This document shows positions 56,301 to 64,000 of a stretch of DNA of 64,000 nucleotides, piece by piece. Each line of letters starts with the position of its first letter. The first letter of the stretch is position 1. Source of the stretch: Tubiluchus corallicola (taxonomy: Eukaryota; Animalia; Priapulida). Location: NCBI GenBank assembly GCA_030141605.1, contig JAQGDQ010000645.1, forward strand, positions 1 to 64,000. The letters run 5' to 3'. Below the pieces are notes generated by a model. The model did no database searches. It had not been told where the DNA came from and was given only the letters and a program-made list of their open reading frames with translations. The position numbers were made by a program, and so were the translations under genes.

Positions 56301-59300
56301 CTATGCAGTGAAAAACAATCTTGAGAAAATTGCTGTTAAAGTTTGCCATTGTTGTTTGTCGCGTCTCTACAAAGCACTTAGCAACCGTACGAAAGTGTGG
56401 TTGCTATGGACTTTGCAAGAGCATAGAAGTTTTAAATCCAGTAGATGGCTCTTCCTGACGAAGATTTGGGTTTGTCAACTGAAAAAACCAGAAGCAAAAT
56501 GGCTGCTTCCACGAGCTAATCGGAGTTTGAAAATACAAGTTTTTTGCAATCGCAGCACTAGTTTCTAGGCAGAGAAATGGGCACGGGGTTATAAAATTAA
56601 ATTTTTAGCATTTTTTGGACATTTTCTTGATAATTTGATACTAGAATATAAAAGGCCAATATATTTCTCACTTGTTTTCATGAAAAACAAAAAATTGACA
56701 TTCAACCAAAGTGTATTCTACTTTGAAGCATCATAACGTGTTTTAACTATGCCGACTTACGAACGGTCTTGGTTTGCAAGTACACACATTATACTGTACA
56801 AGAATTTATTTTTCAACAGTGTAGCTTACTTAGAAACTGCAATAGCTGAAATAGCAGCTGGTTGAGAGTTGTCCTTCCTATCAAATGCTGTGTGCATGGT
56901 TAACTTACTTCGGAAGAGCAACTGTTTTTGCCACTTGAAACCTGTGTGAACAAAGTACTCAATCATTGACATCTTGAATGACCATCATCATTTTCTATTT
57001 GTCTAAGTGCTGCAGTACGACATTTAAAAAAAACTAGTGTAAATATGAAATACAGAAGGCTAATTCAGGAAGATCTACTTTTCAAAAATGAAGAAATTAA
57101 AAACGATGCTAGTTATTAGCAGTTAATTTTAGTTATTTGAACAATGTATGCCAAAGCATGACAGCATATTTGAACAATGTATGCCAAAGCATGACAGCAT
57201 ATTTGAACAATGTATGCCAAAGCATGACAGCATATTTGAACAATGTATGCCAAAGCACGACAGCATATTTGAACAATGTATGCCAAAGCATGACAGCATA
57301 TTTGAACAATGTACGCCAAAGCATGACAGCATATTTGAACAATGTATGCCAAAGCATGACAGCATATTTGAACAATGTACGCCAAAGCACGACAGCATAT
57401 TTGAACAATCTATGCCAAAGCACGACAGCATATTTGAACAATGTATGCCAAAGCACGACAGCATATTTGAACAATCTATGCCAAAGCACGACAGCATATT
57501 TGAACAATGTATGCCAAAGCATGACAGCATATTTGAACAATGTATGCCAAAGCATGACAGCATATTTGAACAATGTATGCCAAAGCACGACAGCATATTT
57601 GAACAATGTATGCCAAAGCACGACAGCATATTTGAACAATGTATGCCAAAGCACGACAGCATATTTGAACAATGTATGCCAAAGCATGACAGCATATTTG
57701 AACAATGTATGCCAAGCATGACAGCATATTTGAACAATGTATGCCAAAGCATGACAGCATATTTGAACAATGTACGCCAAAGCAACACAAAACAATTAGC
57801 CAAAGCACAAACAAACCAAAGCATGACAGCATATTTGAACAATGTATGCCAAAGCACGACAGCATATTGAACAATTATGCCAAAGCATGACAGCATATTT
57901 GAACAATGTAGCCAAAGCAGACAGCATATTGAACAATTATGCCAAAGCAGACAGCATATTGAACAATTAGCCAAAGCAGACAGCATATTTGAACAATAGC
58001 CAAAGCAGACAGCATATTTGAACAATTAGCCAAAGCACGACAGCATATTTGAACAACACCAAACACACAAAAACAAACCAAACATGACAGCATATTTGAA
58101 CAATGTACGCCAAAGCATGACAGCATATCTGAACAATCTATGCCAAAGCATGACAGCATATCTGAACAATCTATGCCAAAGCATGACAGCATATTTGAAC
58201 AATCCATGCCAAAGCACGACAGCATATTTGAACAATCTATGCCAAAGCACGACAGCATATTTGAACAATGTATGCCAAAGCACGACAGCATATTTGAACA
58301 ATGTATGCCAAAGCATGACAGCATATTTGAACAATGTATGCCAAGCATGACAGCATATTTGAATTCATGTGCCCAGGCTGGTCACATTACTTGGTTAGAT
58401 AAGAACTCGTAAGTGATGGATTGCACAATAAAATCTCAAACTGGCTTCTCTGACTTCATTTAAACATCCACTGACACTCTGGTAAGACACTTGCTGTCAA
58501 AATTCACTACTGACTAGCTGCTTATTTCTTTATAAACTTGCGCGTTTTGCTTTGGTCAGCATTGACCACTTCAAAATTGAAACACTTCAAATTTAGCGCT
58601 GCACAGACATCTTGTGAAAAACGAAAAATCGGGGAAGAAAGCGGGAAGTGACGTCCCGTAAGGAACGACACTGCGCATGTGTGACTTTTGCTGTATTTAT
58701 ATATGTGGGCAAAATCAAGCGGAACGCCGGCAATGGAGAGACTGGGGTACTCGCATTTTGGTATTACAGTGTTAAGCTCAAATCATAGGTTTGTCCACAC
58801 TTACTTGAATGCACTATATCTTATAGATGAAATATAGCGGTAATATTTGCTGCAGGGCCAACGGTGCGCAATTTAAGTACCAATATCACATATCAGAACT
58901 GTCTTAAAAGTTAAGAAATATGCAATTCCGCCTACGCTATAAAAGAAAATAGCATAAAAGAAAGAGTGTTATAGGATCTTTCGAACAAAGTGGCTTTATG
59001 ATTGACATGGCGTCCATGATATCTGGTGGCTTTCTTAACGAAAGAGTAGGTATGGCAAAGTCCTTAATGCTGGAACTTTTGAAGTTGCATTTATTGCTCC
59101 ATGGATTCGAGACTGGAATCAATAGGCTTAAGGAAAAGGGGGATGAATTAGTAAAGACAAGAGTGACAGACGGAGTAAGACTACATATTTTTCTTCTTCA
59201 AGTATTTATAAACAACATGTTGAATGAACAACATACAAACAGGGGCGTATTAACCAGTGGGTTAACTAGGCTATAACCTAGGGTGTCAAAGTTTGAGGGC

Positions 59301-62300
59301 GTCACATTTTAGAAAAAATTCTTATTCTCCTCGGAAAATGTGTATACTTTCACATTTATGTAAAGGGAGCATTTTATAACACACCACAGGCAGTTACTGA
59401 GAGCAGCTTTTATATAAGTGCCACATAACAAAAAGGTGCAAGGTATTACACAACAAGCAGTTGTGCAGCCTGCTTGAACGTAAGTGCTATGCAAATACAC
59501 GTAATTCATAATGACCGTGTGGAAACTAGGTTAATAACGTTTCTAATACACCACAAGTAATTGCTTAACCAGCCCATACATAAACAATCATAAATTCACA
59601 ACAGAGATGGGCGGGACAGAACTATCAGAGGGCCGTAAAGATACAAAAATGATTAAAGGTTGCAAACAGTTAGGTGCATAAAACTTTTCAAAACAAGCTT
59701 CTAGAAAAAGCAAACAAACAGACTCCTTTACATAAAAATTATCAGAAAACCTCTACATGGTATGAAGAATACGATAAAACAAATAGATATCACACCTTCT
59801 CTCAGCATATGCTGTCTCCTTGGTTTAAATCTGCCAGGACTAGCTGACCCAGGAACAATCATACTCGTGGTCTTCTTCATTCTGCTCTGCTCTGTTTTCA
59901 CTTTTCCTCCTCCGTTACCAGGTATCCGTATCTCAACGGACTGTAAACCGTCAGTGCACACCTGTCCGGTACTGATGGGATTTGCTTCGGTAATCGTTAG
60001 CCCAACGGGGGCTACTTTTTCATCTTTGCTTGCCACTTCAGTAATGTATCCTTCCACGGACTTCATCGATACCTTGTCAAATGATCCGTTGTCACTTTCC
60101 TGGCAGCGGACATCGTCCATTTGTTTGTCCACTTCCGATGGCTTCGAGCCAGCTTCTTCTAGCAAACTTTCGGCAGTTTCTCCCACTTCTATGCTGTACT
60201 GGCAAGGGCTCGACTCATCATCGGAGCAGATGCTGTCTGCGGAAGGGCATTTTGTCAACGTCGTCGGCTCAACTGATTCAGAAAGACTGGGAGCTGACCG
60301 GCTTGTCTGGATTCCAGTGGCAGTGTCCGGTACAACCAGGCTCTGCTTGTAATTCTCATCCGGAACCTGAACGTATTCGACAGACCACATCCGAACAACT
60401 CCGTCGCTCGATCCGGTCATCAGGACGTTCTCCGGGTCCCACTCCATCATCTGTTCCACAGAAAAACACAACTTAGTTAAAATGAAAGGTAAATACATCC
60501 ATATTTGCAGTCTCTAAGAGGCATTACATGATAACTATTTTTTTAGATTACCGAGAACAAAAGTCTAACCTGTGACATAGCAACACACAAGATTTGCTGG
60601 TTTCTACCGGTTGCTGTGTTCACGCTGGCTATCTCCATGCCATTAATAGTCCACAAGTGTAAGTGGGTTCCAGCGCATGTTGCAATGTCTCCCTAATAAA
60701 AAACAGTTTAGAGTATTAAGAAACAAATGAGGACAAAACTGTGTATGATTGGTGACAGCTGTGAGCACACTTGGTGACAGCGAATGTTTTGAAAATCTAA
60801 TTACACTGCCGGTGTGCTTGGCAATTTGTTTGAAAGAATAAAACTGTATGTCATAGTATCAGGTCTGCCAAAAATAAAGCATAACTTTTACATTTTCATA
60901 AGCCTTGCACGGTGACTCGTAGTTAAAATCAGTGGAGGTGCTGCTTCAGAAATTTTTTAGCCATTGCTTAAAACGAAATGAACATACGAAAGTTTATACA
61001 TAAACCTGATAAAATCCTAATGCTCACTAATAGCCTAAATTGTCACAGTTCAAGCTTGAGTGAGTCCAGTTAAGTGACAACTGACAACACAGCACTTTCT
61101 CTACCTGGGCTCAAGCGTGTTGCTGGAGCACACTGTGTTGAACTGACAACACACTGTGTAGCGACACAGTACTTTCTCTACCTGGGCTCAAGCGTGTTGC
61201 TGGAGCCCACTGTGCTGAACTGACAACACACTGTGTAGCGACACAGCACTTTCTCTGCCTGGGCTTAAGCGTGTTGCTGGAGCGCACTGTGCTGGGTTGT
61301 GAAGCAGACAGTACTACCCTCATGTGCTCTTGTTCCGTAGAAGTATAAAGAAAGAAATAAAGAAAAAGACTTATTATATTGAATATTATCGATATATTGA
61401 GTGAAAATAGGGGGTGCAGCAGTTCCACAGTACCTATATATGAGCTGCCACTGACGCTTCGTGTTGACAACTTATAATTAAATCTTTTCTTACACGACTT
61501 ATACATTTATTTCTGCGATTCTTCCTGTTACTAGAAACAAGAAATTGCCGGAAAATGAAAAAATATCATATATGCAATGTTTGTGCAGCCTACTTATAAA
61601 GTTAGCAGAATATATACAATCTCTATCAATGATTTATGTAGCTGCATCGTGGTTTGCTTATTAGTCTACAATCGATTACCAGTTAGTCTCTAAAGTCGTT
61701 GCTTTGCTACAAACCTTCCTTCTCTGGAACGTCCGTTTTGGAATGGAAATGAACACTTACTCAATTACTCTTATTCACAAGACAATTTTATCGTTTTTAG
61801 TGAATCATGTGGCAATTTTAATGCTGAAATAAAACGTGAATTAAGCTGAACTGAATTTATAAAGTGCTCAACTATCAGACTGAAGTCTTCATAACCACGG
61901 ATTGGTTGAAAACAGGGGCTAATAAACTAACGAAAATGATGAAAGCAACAGCATCAAGATTAGCTGTTGTTGTTGGCATCCTTCTGTCTCGGAAGACAAT
62001 GGAGTGTGCACCAAGAGAGTCAGTTATTGATCACATTGATGGAGCTGCAGCGTCGACTGTGGCTGAGCAGTCCGATCCTTGAACCACTGGAGTGGCCTTT
62101 CCAGGGCGCACGCCTGGGTAAGGTGTATGGAGATCCTGAGTTGCCCAGACAACAGGAACCCCCTCTGTTCCTCCCTGGTGTAGTTCAAAGGAAAGCGGAG
62201 CGATACGTTTGGCAATAGGGTGGCTGCAGGAGCTGCCGGAGTCAGTGAGGATGGTGCACTGGTCCGTCTTCTTGTGCAGCTCCTCCTCCTAGTGTCGAGA

Positions 62301-62752
62301 TACAGTGTGGGCATCCCGAAGCCTACAGCACCTAGTATGCCTAGGTGGCCACCCATCCAAGTATCTAACCAGGCTCTACGATGCTTAACTTCGGTGATCA
62401 GACGAGAACGGGTGTTTTCAACGTTATATGGCCGTAGTAAACAACATTAGCTACAATAGTAGAAAACATAACGGCAGCAATGCCGGTTACTTTGCTTATA
62501 CAGTTCACCTACCGTAAGCTCATTAATACAGACGGCTGCAACGGGAGCAGTGTGTCCGAGCAGCTGTCGCACGAATACCAATCTATTCATATCCCAGATG
62601 ATGCAAGACTGGTCACGAGAGCCGCTCACTACGATGTTGTAGGCGGGCGAAGATGCGATGCACGTTACTGCCTCCGTGTGACCGTAAAGCGACTGCTTCA
62701 AAACCAGCTGCTTTCTTCCTTGAACCTTCGTCACCTCCCACGCTCTAACCAC
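53378..62752 (-). CDS. WDFY3: WD repeat and FYVE domain protein 3 (Alfy/blue cheese), last six exons: 62752-62513, 60692-60570, 60450-59796, 56941-56830, 54909-54712, 53492-53378; gene continues beyond the window
   Basis: WD40 repeats (LYGHTEAVTC, VSGSRDQSCIIWD, TGSSDGVVRMW), FRSKLTMHTAFDRKDN, and a C-terminal FYVE (WVKD..C..C..RRHHCRNCGQLFC..C..RVCQAC). All splice phases are consistent. Confidence 0.93.
53560..54016. mobile_element. piggyBac-type MITE
   Basis: TTAA|CCCTTTCA ... TGAAAGGG|TTAA; internal GTATCCCGNGGGATAC palindrome occurs twice. Confidence 0.8.
54038..54315. repeat. ~140-bp tandem duplication
   Basis: GGGCATAGCAGTGATGCT...GGATAGATGGCGC.AGCAG.GGGAGAG occurs twice. Confidence 0.85.
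57135..58362. repeat. 33-bp minisatellite, about 37 copies, with a degraded central zone (WDFY3 intron)
   Basis: Unit ATTTGAACAATGTATGCCAAAGCAYGACAGCAT. Confidence 0.96.
61078..61295. repeat. ~78-bp imperfect tandem repeat, about 3 copies
   Basis: CACTTTCTCTACCTGGGCTCAAGCGTGTTGCTGGAGC repeated three times. Confidence 0.85.
61966..62439 (-). mobile_element. 5S rRNA-derived SINE (SINE3-type), copy 2, in a WDFY3 intron
   Basis: 5S head at 62439-62320, body shared with 7790-8292, (CAA)n tail, candidate 13-bp TSD ATCAAGATTAGCT / AACAACATTAGCT. Confidence 0.85.
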
Positions 62753-62824
62753 CTGGCGTACAAATGAACAGAATACAGAAATGAAAAATGCAGGTGTGCA
62801 GCAGCCACATTGTAAATGAAGGAT

Positions 62825-63283
62825 CAGGGTTCCCACAGGGTCCCCGATAAGTTTCCCCAACTTTCCCCTTACAAATATTGATTTTCCATGACCAAGATAA
62901 GCAGAAATTGCATCACCAGTACACATATTAAAACATTTTCGTGTATGGACATTCAAACATATAATGATATATGATGTGTCGGCACAGTTGCAGTAGTGCT
63001 AATGAAATTTCACTAATCACATTAAATGAACTTTCTTAATCCAATCGTTATTTTTGGAACAGAAGTCGAAATTGGGAGCCTGTCATAGCAAAATTCTATT
63101 TTACACCGAATCACTGAGATCCTTGGGAAAATATCCGTTCACAGTGATTATTCTTGCAATCCTTTTCACCCTTTTCATTTTCCCCGACGTTTTACCAAAT
63201 TATCTACTTCCCTGACTTTTCCATGACTTTCCAGGATAGCTTGTATAATTCAAGGATTTTTAGGATTTTTACTGGGAACCCTG
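62825..63283. mobile_element. Non-autonomous DNA transposon (superfamily uncertain)
   Basis: TIR CAGGGTTCCCA / TGGGAACCCTG; TSD unclear (AAGGAT / AAAGAT). Confidence 0.65.
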
Positions 63284-63633
63284 AAAGATGTACCACACAG
63301 AATTCTTGAAGATATAACCAACTGTTTTTAACAAAATGCTGTGCCTGGCTTACCATGTCACAGAATCACACTTACGTTACGAGATGAAGAAGAAGAAGAA
63401 GAAGAAGAAGATAAAATGATATTTTTATTGCGATGCGAAGGAATGCTATTGTGCCCGCGTTTTCTCTCAAAACAAGTCTAATACGTTGAAATTTAGTAGA
63501 AAGAAATTATAAGTGAAAATTGTAGATAATTAACTCTGTTGTAAGACGTTCACGGAAGGTAAGATTTCAAATACTGGTAACATTTTACCCTGCTTGATGA
63601 TCGCCACGGATGCTGTCGTAGTAAGAACATGTC

Positions 63634-64000
63634 CAGGGATGAGAATGACAAATTGCAAAAAATTCTGAAACAGGCCGGGGGGTTTGGGGGCGACCTAGGC
63701 CCCCAATGGGGTTGAAATTGCAATTTTGTGACCATAGAGAGCCTCTAATTTGACTTAAAATATCAATTACCTTGTTTCGTGCGTAATTTAAAATACACAA
63801 CTATCAAGGATACATGATACCTAATTGTCTCAAAAATTCCTAAGTACTGGTCGCTCCTATGCAAAAGTATATAAAAACTGTCTGCAATTGACTCAAATAA
63901 CTCCGCACAATTGATTCTATATTTTTATACATAGAGATATACACGTGGTTACACTGATGTATGTGATGTAAACAAAGTGACGGCCTGCCAACTAGCGGTC
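63634..64000. mobile_element. hAT MITE family C, copy 2 (runs off the window)
   Basis: Closely matches 40463-40859. Confidence 0.85.

Noticed and set aside
57116-58412. Cys-rich 11-aa repeat ORFs on both strands
   Set aside because: They are translations of the 33-bp intronic minisatellite.
58937-59276. Small ORFs, possibly a LINE remnant
   Set aside because: Only a faint resemblance; no recognisable motif strong enough to call.

Overview
AT-rich, repeat-rich invertebrate animal genomic DNA, not prokaryotic. The protein-coding content is: the 3' end of a spliced LRR (probably F-box/LRR) gene (+); a multi-exon divergent pentraxin/LamG-like gene at about 11.7-21.8 kb (-) that the ORF track mostly misses; ATP9A/B P4-ATPase (-); PGGT1B (+); a 4-exon PFDN1 (-); BLM helicase (+); and the last six exons of WDFY3/Alfy (-). 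The most striking feature is that ATP9, PGGT1B and BLM each have a fully intronless CDS with a splice acceptor just upstream of the ATG, while their neighbours keep their introns. Introns and intergenic DNA hold many MITEs with recognisable TIRs/TSDs (hAT, Tc1/Tigger, piggyBac, Kolobok-like), Helitron-like copies, tRNA- and 5S-derived SINEs, a solo LTR packed with heat-shock elements, a Penelope-like foldback with hammerhead-type cores, and many micro/minisatellites. All calls come from reading the sequence by eye; no database searches were run.
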